From Phycisphaerae bacterium (lineage in GTDB: Bacteria > Planctomycetota > Phycisphaerae > UBA1845 > PWPN01), in the NCBI GenBank assembly GCA_030372985.1, contig JAUCQB010000201.1, positions 1 through 24,000 of the forward strand: 24,000 nucleotides of DNA, written 5' to 3'. Below the pieces are notes generated by a model. The model saw only the letters and a program-made list of their open reading frames with translations. It was not told where the DNA came from and searched no databases. Shown here piece after piece: positions 15,046 to 23,543 of the stretch. The position numbers were made by a program, and so were the translations under genes. Positions within the stretch are counted from its first letter, which is position 1. Every line of letters starts with the position of its first letter.

Positions 15046-15831
15046 TCAGGTCGGCCGGCCCCGCAGACCGACAAACAACGCGGTTCGACCGGTCTGCGCC
15101 CCATCGCGACGGTGGCTCCAGAACCGTCGGTCGCAGATGCTGCACAGGCGTGCAACCTCGATGGCGTCACGGGGAACGCCCGCCGCAACCAGTTGGTTTC
15201 GGTTGGCGGTCCACAGGTCAAAGAGAACGCGGCCGCCCTCCTCGACAAAGCATTCTCTCGCGTCGGCCAGCCTGGTCCTGGCAATTCGCCGCACGTGCGG
15301 GCCGACCTCGTAGCAGCATGGTCCGGCAGAGGGTGAAATGGCCGCCCTCATGCGGGCCGGGTCGCTGCCGCAACTCTGGAGCATTTGCCTGACCAGGTTC
15401 TGGGCCGCCCCGGCCACCGTCCCTCGCCAACTGGCATGGACCACCCCGACTGACGGTCGATCCGGGTCGCAGACCACCACCAGCGGACAGTCCGCCGAGA
15501 GAATGATCAGCGGCACGTTCGGCTTATCCGTGATCAACCCGTCGACGAACCGAACCGCGTCTTGCCGGCCATCACGACCGTGACCAATATCATCGCGCTC
15601 CAGCGTCAGAACATCCGCCCCGTGCACTTGCTCGGGCGAGGTCAACGACTCAAACGGCATGCCCAGGATGTCGCACACGCGCCTTCGCCAGTGAACGGCC
15701 TCTTCGCAGCCGGTGCCCTGGTGCGGCGCGTAGTTCTGCGGGCGGGTGGTCACTGCGTGAACCAGCCAGGGTACCGCCTCAAGGCTCTCGAACGAGAGCA
15801 GCGTTACATCGCCGTGCGATCGTTCAATCAT
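15046..15831 (-). CDS. pgeF: Peptidoglycan editing factor PgeF / YfiH-YlmD laccase-domain family (polyphenol oxidase)
   Basis: LTSPEQVHGADV, LSADCPLVVVCDPDRPSVGVVHASWRGTVAGAAQNLV, ISPSAGPCCYEVG. Confidence 0.92.
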   Translation of the reverse strand: MIERSHGDVTLLSFESLEAVPWLVHAVTTRPQNYAPHQGTGCEEAVHWRRRVCDILGMPFESLTSPEQVHGADVLTLERDDIGHGRDGRQDAVRFVDGLITDKPNVPLIILSADCPLVVVCDPDRPSVGVVHASWRGTVAGAAQNLVRQMLQSCGSDPARMRAAISPSAGPCCYEVGPHVRRIARTRLADARECFVEEGGRVLFDLWTANRNQLVAAGVPRDAIEVARLCSICDRRFWSHRRDGAQTGRTALFVGLRGRPT

Positions 15832-15859
15832 CTCGGAGACCGTACCCGAAAAACAAGGC

Positions 15860-16840
15860 TCACCCTTTCACCTTCAGAAGGATCTTGATGTAACGAGGGT
15901 CGGACGCCAGTTCAAAGGCCTCAACGCCGCGGGCAAGCGGCAGTTGACGGGACACCATCGACTCGACGTCTATATCACGGCGGGCCAGCGCGCCAATGGC
16001 ATCCGGAAAAGGCCCGCAGCGGCTGCCGAGCACGGTGATCTCGTTGACCGCCACCGGGGCCAGGTTGATGCGTGTGCCGGCGGCGCAGGTGCTCTTGAGC
16101 ACAAGCGTGCCCCGCGGGCGAACCAGCCTCATGGCCGTCTCAAAGCCGTCCGGATTGCCGCTGCAGTCCACGACCACGTCGCGATCGGCTCTCGGCACAA
16201 GATCCGACAGCGAGATCGTCTGAATCCCCTTCTTCTCGCAGAAGTCCAATGTGTGCTCGTTTCGCCCGACGACCTCCAACCGGCAGCCAGTCGTGCGGAG
16301 CACCTGGGCAACCAGCAGGGCCAGTCGTCCGGAGCCGATCACGGCCACGCGTGTCCGCTTCTCGATCGGGCACTGCTTAACCACCTGATAGGCGGCGGCC
16401 AGTGGCTCGATGAAGACGGCCTGCTCGTCGCTGATCGCCCCGGGGACTTCGTGCAGATTTCGCTCGGGCACGGCGATGAACTGGGCGAAACAGCCGTCGC
16501 GGCCCGAAATGCCGATCACGCTTCGCTTGCGACAGTGGTTGGCCAGCCCCTGCTGGCACATGTCGCACTTGCCGCAGACGCAGTTGATCTCCGCCGTGAC
16601 CCTCCTCCCCCGCCACCGCCGCGAGCCCCTCACTACCGTCCCCACGAACTCGTGCCCGAGCACCCCCTCATAACTCATGTAGCCCTTGGTGATCTCGATG
16701 TCTGTGGCACAGATGCCCGCAAGGTGGACCTCGATCAGGGCCTCATCCTCCCTGGGCGATGGGTCCGGGTATTTGGCGTCGAGTCGAAGCGTCTGGTTGA
16801 AGACAAGCGCATTCACCTGGGTGGCCTTCTCCGTCGGCAT
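15860..16840 (-). CDS. Zinc-dependent alcohol/polyol dehydrogenase (MDR superfamily)
   Basis: AGICATDIEITKGYMSYEGVLGHEFVGTV, CVCGKCDMCQQGLANHC structural zinc motif, VAVIGSGRLALLVAQVL. Confidence 0.9.
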   Translation of the reverse strand: MPTEKATQVNALVFNQTLRLDAKYPDPSPREDEALIEVHLAGICATDIEITKGYMSYEGVLGHEFVGTVVRGSRRWRGRRVTAEINCVCGKCDMCQQGLANHCRKRSVIGISGRDGCFAQFIAVPERNLHEVPGAISDEQAVFIEPLAAAYQVVKQCPIEKRTRVAVIGSGRLALLVAQVLRTTGCRLEVVGRNEHTLDFCEKKGIQTISLSDLVPRADRDVVVDCSGNPDGFETAMRLVRPRGTLVLKSTCAAGTRINLAPVAVNEITVLGSRCGPFPDAIGALARRDIDVESMVSRQLPLARGVEAFELASDPRYIKILLKVKG

Positions 16841-16935
16841 TCAAATCTGCTTTGCCCAGATCAGTATCGAGCATCATTGCAGGACCGTCAATCCACAACC
16901 CCTTGGACACTTGCCGGGCTCCCGTTCCCGCCCGC

Positions 16936-16983
16936 TGGCCTGTCGTCATTCTCGGCGTTATAGTCACGGTTTTCGTAACCGTG
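16936..16983 (+). promoter_or_regulatory. Possible trpA promoter TGGCCT-N17-TATAGT followed by 7-bp hairpin CACGGTT-TTCGT-AACCGTG
   Basis: -10-like TATAGT at 16959-16964; perfect hairpin at 16965-16983 near the expected transcription start. Confidence 0.4.
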
Positions 16984-17037
16984 CCGTGGGACCGTGACCG
17001 TTTTCGCTCGCCGCACGGCCTTGGCGACATCGCAGGC

Positions 17038-17853
17038 ATGAGTATGACAAACAGGATCGATCGGGCGTTTGCAGATCTGTCGGCCAAAGGCAGGAAAGGC
17101 CTTCTGCCGTTCGTAACCGCGGGCCTGCCCGATCTCGATACAACACAGCGGATCCTTGAATCTCTGGCCGACCTCGGCGTCACAGCCGTCGAGCTCGGCT
17201 TCCCCTACTCCGATCCCATCGCCGACGGGCCAATCATCCAGGAGTCTTTCACCAGGGTGCTCGAATGCGGAATCCGTGTCCGCGACATCCTCGCGATGGT
17301 GGCCCGATTTCGGCAGAAATCTCAGTTGCCCCTGCTGGCGATGTTGTCCTACTCCATCGTGCACCGCATCGGTCTTGACACGTTCGTCCGTCAGGCCGCC
17401 CAGGCCGGCATCGACGGGTTGATTCTGCCCGATTTGTCGCTGGAGGAGGCCCCGCAGGCCGCCAGGGTCGTTGCCGACGCCGGTCTATGCCTGCCGATGC
17501 TCATCTCGCCGGTCTCGCCTCGGCAGCGCCGGGAAAAAATCGCCGCCACCTGCAGCGGCTTCGTGTACTACATGTCGGTCGCCGGCATCACCGGCGAGCG
17601 AAAGCAACTCCCCCCGGATCTCGTCGACAACGTCCGCGAGATTCGCCAGGCCTCCGGCCGTCCGGTCGTCGTCGGCTTCGGCATTAGTTCGGCCGAGCAC
17701 GTGCGTCTCGTCTGTTCGGCCGCCGACGGCGCCATCATCGGCAGCGCCCTGGTGCGCAAGATGATGGAGACCATGAACGGCGGCGCCAACAGCGATGCCG
17801 TTGTCAACGCAGCCGCCGATGCCGTTCGCGAATGGATGACAGGCCTGCCCTGA
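17038..17853 (+). CDS. trpA: Tryptophan synthase alpha subunit
   Basis: LLPFVTAGLPDLDTTQRILESLADLGVTAVELGFPYSDPIADGPIIQESFTRVL, YYMSVAGITG, VVVGFGISSAEHV. Confidence 0.96.
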   Translation: MSMTNRIDRAFADLSAKGRKGLLPFVTAGLPDLDTTQRILESLADLGVTAVELGFPYSDPIADGPIIQESFTRVLECGIRVRDILAMVARFRQKSQLPLLAMLSYSIVHRIGLDTFVRQAAQAGIDGLILPDLSLEEAPQAARVVADAGLCLPMLISPVSPRQRREKIAATCSGFVYYMSVAGITGERKQLPPDLVDNVREIRQASGRPVVVGFGISSAEHVRLVCSAADGAIIGSALVRKMMETMNGGANSDAVVNAAADAVREWMTGLP

Positions 17854-18029
17854 GATCGCTGCCTCCGTCGGCTCCTTCAATTCCGCTCAGGCCGTTGGTC
17901 GGCTTCCGGGCACAAACGGTTTGCCCAGCCCTCTGCTTGACGGATGACTCCTATTGTGCACCTTCGCGACGTGCGGCCGGCATTCCGACATCTGCAATTC
18001 ACCTGGGCGGCATCGGATGATGTCGGAGC

Positions 18030-19046
18030 CTACTGACGCGGATGGAATTGCCGGTGAATGGCCTTGAGGCGTGAATTGTCGACGTGCGTGTAGATCTGCG
18101 TCGTGCTGATATCGGCGTGACCGAGGAGTTCCTGAACGACGCGAAGATCCGCCCCCCCTGCCAGCAGGTGCGTCGCGAAACAATGCCGCAACGTGTGCGG
18201 GGACAACCTCCCGGCCACGCCCATCTGGCGTGCGTACTTGACCACCAGCCGCCAGCAGTTCGTACGATCCAGCGGCTTGCCGGTCCGTGAAACGAACAAG
18301 CGGTCGCTCGATGTCCCGTCGATCAACTGAGGCCTCAGGATGGTCAGGTATTCCCGCAGCGCCTCGACGGCCCGCGAGCCGATCGGCACGACTCGCTCCC
18401 GACGCCCTTTGCCCATGCATCTGAGGTAGCCGATGTCGAGATGAACACTGCTCAGAACCAGCCCGACCAGTTCGCTCACCCGCAGGCCGGTGGCGTAGAA
18501 CAGCTCCAGGATGGCCCGGTCGCGCAGAGCCAGAGGGTCGTCCGTCTCGTTCGGCAGCCCCAGGAGCTTGTCCACGTCCTGTCTGCTGAGCACGCGCGGG
18601 AGGTGTTGCCACTTCTTGGGGGCCTCGATCAGCGTGGAGACATCGTCTTTGATGAGTCCGTTCTGGTGCAGGTACCTGAGGAACAGCTTCACCGCGACGA
18701 GCCGGCGTGCGATCGACGACTCGGCCAGGTTTGCGGCCTCTCGCAGTGCAACCATGAACGCCTGAATGTGGCGGACGTTGATCGTCCTGATGTCGATGCG
18801 CTGATCGGCGCAGAACCCGGCCAGTGACGTCAGGTCATGGCGATAGGCGGTCAGGGTGTTCTCTGACAGCCCGGCCTCGACGTTGAGATGCCGCAGGAAC
18901 GCCTCAATCTGGTTGCACAACGACGGCGCAGATTCCGCTGCGGCCTCAGGCTGAGGCCCATTGCGCAGGCGCAAGTCGTGTGTCGGACCGGATCTCGGCG
19001 GCTCGGATCCTATGGTAAACGGAACATGAGTCATGATCGTGGGCAC
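18030..19046 (-). CDS. xerD: Tyrosine recombinase XerC/XerD
   Basis: ATGLRVSELVGL, SPHTLRHCFATHLLAGGADLRVVQELLGHADISTTQIYTHV; all catalytic residues R-H-R-H-Y present. Confidence 0.94.
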   Translation of the reverse strand: MPTIMTHVPFTIGSEPPRSGPTHDLRLRNGPQPEAAAESAPSLCNQIEAFLRHLNVEAGLSENTLTAYRHDLTSLAGFCADQRIDIRTINVRHIQAFMVALREAANLAESSIARRLVAVKLFLRYLHQNGLIKDDVSTLIEAPKKWQHLPRVLSRQDVDKLLGLPNETDDPLALRDRAILELFYATGLRVSELVGLVLSSVHLDIGYLRCMGKGRRERVVPIGSRAVEALREYLTILRPQLIDGTSSDRLFVSRTGKPLDRTNCWRLVVKYARQMGVAGRLSPHTLRHCFATHLLAGGADLRVVQELLGHADISTTQIYTHVDNSRLKAIHRQFHPRQ

Positions 19047-19164
19047 ACAGACGGAACGCTTCCCGCAGATTCATGAGGGTCCACAGGCCGGCACAGCGCG
19101 CATCGCGGCCGTCGAGATAGGGACACACAGACTGCGGGGTGTTCACGGATTCATCCTCGCTCAT
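18946..19164 (-). CDS. Small Cys-rich protein (CPYL...C...C...CSVYH)
   Basis: 72 aa ORF MSEDESVNTPQSVCPYLDGRDARCAGLWTLMNLREAFRLCAHDHDSCSVYHRI with regular Cys spacing; overlaps the annotated xerD 5' end by about 100 nt. Confidence 0.55.
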   Translation of the reverse strand: MSEDESVNTPQSVCPYLDGRDARCAGLWTLMNLREAFRLCAHDHDSCSVYHRIRAAEIRSDTRLAPAQWASA

Positions 19165-19349
19165 CTACGGGCACGGGCGTCTGGACGCCGCCCGTCGCTG
19201 TAGTTATCGGGCGACCCCCGAATTTTGCTTGAGTGGATCTGGGAAGGCTGAATGTCCCCATGAGAGTTGCCATGGGGGCCCTGCAGCCTTACCATCACGC
19301 CCAAAAATGGGGCGGAAACCGGCTGGTTGTGCCCTGGGAGGTGAGTACC

Positions 19350-21794
19350 GTGACTGGAAATCCTGCACGCGTCATCGTCGCCGCAATCCTGATGTTGCTG
19401 TCCCCGGCCGCTCGGCCCAACACGGCGGCCGCCAGGGAGTTGACCTACGAAGATCTGCTTGCCCACCTGACCGACATCGACCGCCTGCCGGTCATCGAGC
19501 CCGGGGTACGCTGCCTGCAGTTCAGCAGTTATGACCGGGCCAGCCAATATGACGCCGCGACCGACAGCTACAACAACTGGGACGCGAATGGAGATGCGGG
19601 CCATTTTCTTCGGATCGATCCCCAGACCAAGGAGGGTGTCATGGCCGAGATGGACGGCCCCGGCTGCATCTTCCGGATCTGGTCAGCCAACCCGCAAGGT
19701 GTGATTCGCTTCTACCTGGACGGCGACGCCAAGCCGACGTACGAGTGGGATTTCAACAGACTCTGCACCGGTGCCATCGAGCCGTTCATCAAGCCGCTCG
19801 TCTGGAAGCGGGATCCCAACAACGCCAATTCGGCCTCGAACATCTATCTGCCCATTCCCTACGCCAAAGGCTGCAAGGTCACCAGCGTGATCCCCCAGCC
19901 GGATGGCGCCGGCAAGACGCCCGGCCACTACTACATCATCAACTACCGTACATTTCCAAAAGACTGGACCGTGCCGACTTTCAAGCTTCCGCTGACCGAG
20001 TCGCAGCGGGCCGCGGTCGAGGACACGGCCGCGAAGTGGTCGAGGTGCGGCCAGGTGGGACCACATCCTCTCGATCGCTTCGCGACGAAGAAAGAGACGA
20101 TCGCTCCGGGCCAGCGACTTGTGGTCGCGGAGTTGAAGGGGCCGGCCGTCATCCGGCAATTCCGAGCGAAGCTGAGTTCCACAGAAAAATGGGCGACACG
20201 GAAGGTCGGGCTGCGGATCTATTGGGACGACGAGACGGAACCCTCCGTTTGCTGCCCGATCGGCGATTTCTTCGGCGAGCCCAAGGACGTGGAATACAAG
20301 TCGTACCCGATGGGCATCACCGATTCGATGAATTACTGCTTCTTCCCGATGCCCTTCCGGGCAGGCGCCAAGATCGATCTGGTCAACGAGGGAAAGCAGC
20401 CGGCGCCGGTCGAGGTCGCCATTGCCTACCGGCCACAGGAAGTGCCGGATGATTGGGCGCATTTCAAGGCCAAGTTCCGCTCGGAGATCGCCTCGGAGAG
20501 CTTTGACTACCCGCTTATCGAGACCCGCGGAACCGGCAAACTCGTGGGCATCTGTCTGTTCCCCGACAACATCCACGGCGGGTGGTGGGGTGAAGGCGAC
20601 GAGAAGGTCTATGTCGACGGCGAGAAGTTCCCCTCCTGGTTCGGAACAGGGTCCGAGGACTACTTTGGTGACGCCTGGGGAATTCGCCACTTCGCGAATC
20701 CCTCCCACGGGCATCCCCAGAAGAACGTGGAACGAATGCAGGGCTGCTATCGTTGGCATCTCGGGGATAACATCCCCTTCTACAAGTCGCTGCGGATGAC
20801 CATCGAGAACTACACCGGCCTGCCGCATGTGACCAGCCGCAACGACTACAGTTCGGTTGCATACTGGTACGAGTTGCCGGGCGGTAACGATTTCTTTGAG
20901 GAGGTGCCGCTGGCCGATCGCATCCCGCGCGGTTTCGTCGCCACGGGAGCCCTGGAAATTGAACGTTGCCAGGACCCGGCAACGTTGAGCGATGCGCTGC
21001 GCGTCATTGACGACACCGAACTCCCCAAGCCGCTCTCCAGCGGCGGCGGCCTGATGTTCGTCGGTGATGTGGGAGACGAGATCACCTTTCAGGTGCCCGT
21101 CGGGCAGGATGAGCATTATCTGCTTCGTCCGGTCCTGGCCCAGGATGTCCGAAACTCGAAGTTCGAGTTACTGGTGGACGGCAAGCCGGCCGGCCAGCGC
21201 CCCTACCTGCGCAAAGGCATGATGCCCATTACGCTCAAGTTCACCGGTGACCCCGTTGACGGCGATCGTTGCCGCGCGATCATCGACTGCCTGCGCATGG
21301 AGGTCTACCGCAACTTCATCACCCACTGGATGGTCGTCGGGCCTTTCCCCAACCCCGACCACAAGGGGTTTTCGACCGTCTATCCGCCCGAGGAGCAACT
21401 TGACTTCGGCGCCAAATATGCCGGGAAAGACAACCAGGACCTCACGTGGCAACCGGTCAGCAGTCAGGACGGCGTCATGATGCTGCAGGGCAGATTCAGA
21501 CCCTCTGAAGACGTCATCGTTTACGGCGCCTGTATCGTTCGCTCGCCCAAGGCCGGGAAACGCACCCTGCTGGTCGGCAGCGACGACGGCATCAAGATCT
21601 GGCTGAACGGCAGGCTTGTCTGGGAACACCTCGTGCGCCGAGGGATCAAGCCTGATGAGGACCGCATCGGGGTCGATCTCAAACAGGGCGACAACCTGCT
21701 GCTGCTCAAGCTCGACCAGGGCCCCGGCGACATGGGATGGGCCGTGCGGTTCGTTGACCCAGCAGATGAGCTGCAGCTTGCACTGCCGAAGTGA
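19350..21794 (+). CDS. Secreted DUF2961 (GH172-like) protein with C-terminal sugar-binding/PA14-like domain
   Basis: FSSYDRASQYDAATDSYNNWDANGDAGHFLRID...EMDGPGCIFRIWSANPQGVIRFYLDGD, GTGSEDYFGDAWG; GGGAGG before GTG 19350 with signal peptide; C-term LLVGSDDGIKIWLNGRLVWE. Confidence 0.88.
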   Translation: MTGNPARVIVAAILMLLSPAARPNTAAARELTYEDLLAHLTDIDRLPVIEPGVRCLQFSSYDRASQYDAATDSYNNWDANGDAGHFLRIDPQTKEGVMAEMDGPGCIFRIWSANPQGVIRFYLDGDAKPTYEWDFNRLCTGAIEPFIKPLVWKRDPNNANSASNIYLPIPYAKGCKVTSVIPQPDGAGKTPGHYYIINYRTFPKDWTVPTFKLPLTESQRAAVEDTAAKWSRCGQVGPHPLDRFATKKETIAPGQRLVVAELKGPAVIRQFRAKLSSTEKWATRKVGLRIYWDDETEPSVCCPIGDFFGEPKDVEYKSYPMGITDSMNYCFFPMPFRAGAKIDLVNEGKQPAPVEVAIAYRPQEVPDDWAHFKAKFRSEIASESFDYPLIETRGTGKLVGICLFPDNIHGGWWGEGDEKVYVDGEKFPSWFGTGSEDYFGDAWGIRHFANPSHGHPQKNVERMQGCYRWHLGDNIPFYKSLRMTIENYTGLPHVTSRNDYSSVAYWYELPGGNDFFEEVPLADRIPRGFVATGALEIERCQDPATLSDALRVIDDTELPKPLSSGGGLMFVGDVGDEITFQVPVGQDEHYLLRPVLAQDVRNSKFELLVDGKPAGQRPYLRKGMMPITLKFTGDPVDGDRCRAIIDCLRMEVYRNFITHWMVVGPFPNPDHKGFSTVYPPEEQLDFGAKYAGKDNQDLTWQPVSSQDGVMMLQGRFRPSEDVIVYGACIVRSPKAGKRTLLVGSDDGIKIWLNGRLVWEHLVRRGIKPDEDRIGVDLKQGDNLLLLKLDQGPGDMGWAVRFVDPADELQLALPK

Positions 21795-21899
21795 TGCCCG
21801 GGGGCTGCCTTCGATTTCGCCAACCTGCACCCGTCACGGCACTTGCTTCGATCGCGACTGATGCGATCCTTGCTCGATACCGGCATTCTTCTGAGGATT

Positions 21900-21998
21900 G
21901 TCAATCGCGAGCCCTGATGCCCGATTGACGCCCTCGGTCGAGGCACTTACGATGTGTGCCGGCCGTTGGGCAGCCGCGCGGATCGGTCGACCGAGGGC
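21900..21998. repeat. Two adjacent inverted repeats: 8-bp arms (21900-21907/21922-21929) and 12-bp arms (21930-21941/21987-21998)
   Basis: GTCAATCG/CGATTGAC and GCCCTCGGTCGA/TCGACCGAGGGC, both perfect; GGCAC/GTGCC nested hairpin at 21942-21960. Confidence 0.75.
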
Positions 21999-22055
21999 CT
22001 GTATTCGTTGTATGTTACGGTAGCGATCCGCCGGCGCTGCGGCGAGGGCCGCGAC

Positions 22056-23543
22056 TTGATTCCCCGTCTGATACAACTGGTCCAATCGTTCGGCCGTCAG
22101 CGGGTTCTGCTGATCGGTGATCTCATTCTCGACCGCTACATTTACGGCGATGCGGAACGGATCAGCCCGGAAGCGCCCGTCGTCGTGCTCCGCAAGGAAC
22201 ACGACGAAGAACGTGTCGGCGGAGCCGGAAGTGTCGCCGCCAATATGCGCGAGTTGGGCTTGGATGTGGTCTGCGTCGGCGCAGTCGGTTTGGATGACGC
22301 CGGCCACCGGATCAGAGCCTTGCTGGAGGCTCAGCGGATCGGAACTCGGGGGCTGGTCGCCCTGGGCGATCGTCCGACGACCACCAAGACGCGTTTTGTC
22401 GGCCTGGCCCAGCACCGCCACCGCCAACAGCTTATCCGGGTGGACGACGAGGTGACCCGGCCGTTCTCCGAGTCAGATTCGGCCCGGGTCATCCAGATGG
22501 CGGTTGCGGCCATCAAGGATGTCGCCGCCGTCTGCCTCGAGGACTACGACAAGGGTCTGCTGAGCGAATCCTTGTGCCAGAAGGTCATCGCCGCCGCGAA
22601 GACTGCCGGAAAGCCCGTGCTTGTCGATCCCGCACGCCTCAGCGACTACAGCAAGTATCGTGGTGCGACCCTCCTGACGCCGAACCGGGCCGAGTTCCAG
22701 CTGGCATCCGGTTGCCGTGATACGTCAGTGGACACCCTTCTGGTCAGCGCCCACGCGGTCATCGAGAAGTATGGTCTGGGCGGACTCCTGGTGACGGTTG
22801 ATCGCGATGGGGCGATTCTGGCGGAGAGGGGCAAGAAAGCCGTTTGCATTCCGACGCGACCCCGGGCGGTTTACGACAATACCGGCGCGGGCGACGCCGT
22901 GCTGGCGATGCTCGCGGCGGCAGTTGTCGCGGGGGCAACATGGGAGGAGGCCGCCCGGTTGACCAACGTCGCCGGCGGTCTGGAGGTCGAGAAATTCGGC
23001 TGTGTGCCGATCACGCGGGAGGAAGTCATTGCCGATCTCCGTCTTTCATCCCGGGCCGGTACCGGCAAAATTCGCACCGCCGATGAACTCACCTCGGAGC
23101 TGTCGCTTCGGCGAAGCCGTGGTGAAACGGTCGTGTTCACCAACGGCTGCTACGACCTTCTGCACGCCGGACACGTCCGGTTCCTGGAGCAGTGCAAGGC
23201 TCTGGGCAACATTGTGGTAGTCGGCCTCAATTCCGACGCCTCCGTCCGCGCTCAGAACAAGGCCAAGGACCGTCCGATCGTTCCGCAGGAATACCGGGCA
23301 GAGGTGATCGCGGCGTTGCAGACCGTCGACTACGTCGTCCTGTTTGATGAGCCGACGCCGCTGTCGTTGATCGAGAAGATCCGCCCCGAGGTGCTCGTCA
23401 AAGGTGAAGATTGGAAGGACAGGGGCGTGGTCGGTCGTGAGTTCGTTGAATCCCGCGGCGGCAAGGTCGTTCTCCTGCCGCTGGTTGAGGATCTCAGCAC
23501 GACGAACCTGATCGAGCGGATTCGCGCGGGAGCCAGGCGATGA
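22056..23543 (+). CDS. hldE: Bifunctional D-glycero-beta-D-manno-heptose-7-phosphate kinase / heptose 1-phosphate adenylyltransferase (TTG start likely)
   Basis: VLLIGDLILDRYIYGDAERISPEAPVVVL, YDNTGAGDAVLAMLAAAV kinase motif, VVFTNGCYDLLHAGHVRFLEQCKALG nucleotidyltransferase motif; GAGG 8 nt before TTG 22056. Confidence 0.93.
   Translation: MIPRLIQLVQSFGRQRVLLIGDLILDRYIYGDAERISPEAPVVVLRKEHDEERVGGAGSVAANMRELGLDVVCVGAVGLDDAGHRIRALLEAQRIGTRGLVALGDRPTTTKTRFVGLAQHRHRQQLIRVDDEVTRPFSESDSARVIQMAVAAIKDVAAVCLEDYDKGLLSESLCQKVIAAAKTAGKPVLVDPARLSDYSKYRGATLLTPNRAEFQLASGCRDTSVDTLLVSAHAVIEKYGLGGLLVTVDRDGAILAERGKKAVCIPTRPRAVYDNTGAGDAVLAMLAAAVVAGATWEEAARLTNVAGGLEVEKFGCVPITREEVIADLRLSSRAGTGKIRTADELTSELSLRRSRGETVVFTNGCYDLLHAGHVRFLEQCKALGNIVVVGLNSDASVRAQNKAKDRPIVPQEYRAEVIAALQTVDYVVLFDEPTPLSLIEKIRPEVLVKGEDWKDRGVVGREFVESRGGKVVLLPLVEDLSTTNLIERIRAGARR

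Noticed and set aside
15944-16963. 339 aa plus-strand ORF opposite the zinc dehydrogenase
   Set aside because: Antisense shadow; PPPPPPPRAPHY low-complexity run and canonical MDR motifs on the other strand.
18030-19046. Tyrosine recombinase considered as a mobile element integrase
   Set aside because: Sequence matches housekeeping XerC/D (300 aa type with core-binding domain); no att repeats, tRNA or cargo genes nearby.
19683-21116. 477 aa minus-strand ORF antisense to the DUF2961 gene
   Set aside because: Codon-composition artefact; sense strand has recognisable DUF2961 sequence and signal peptide.
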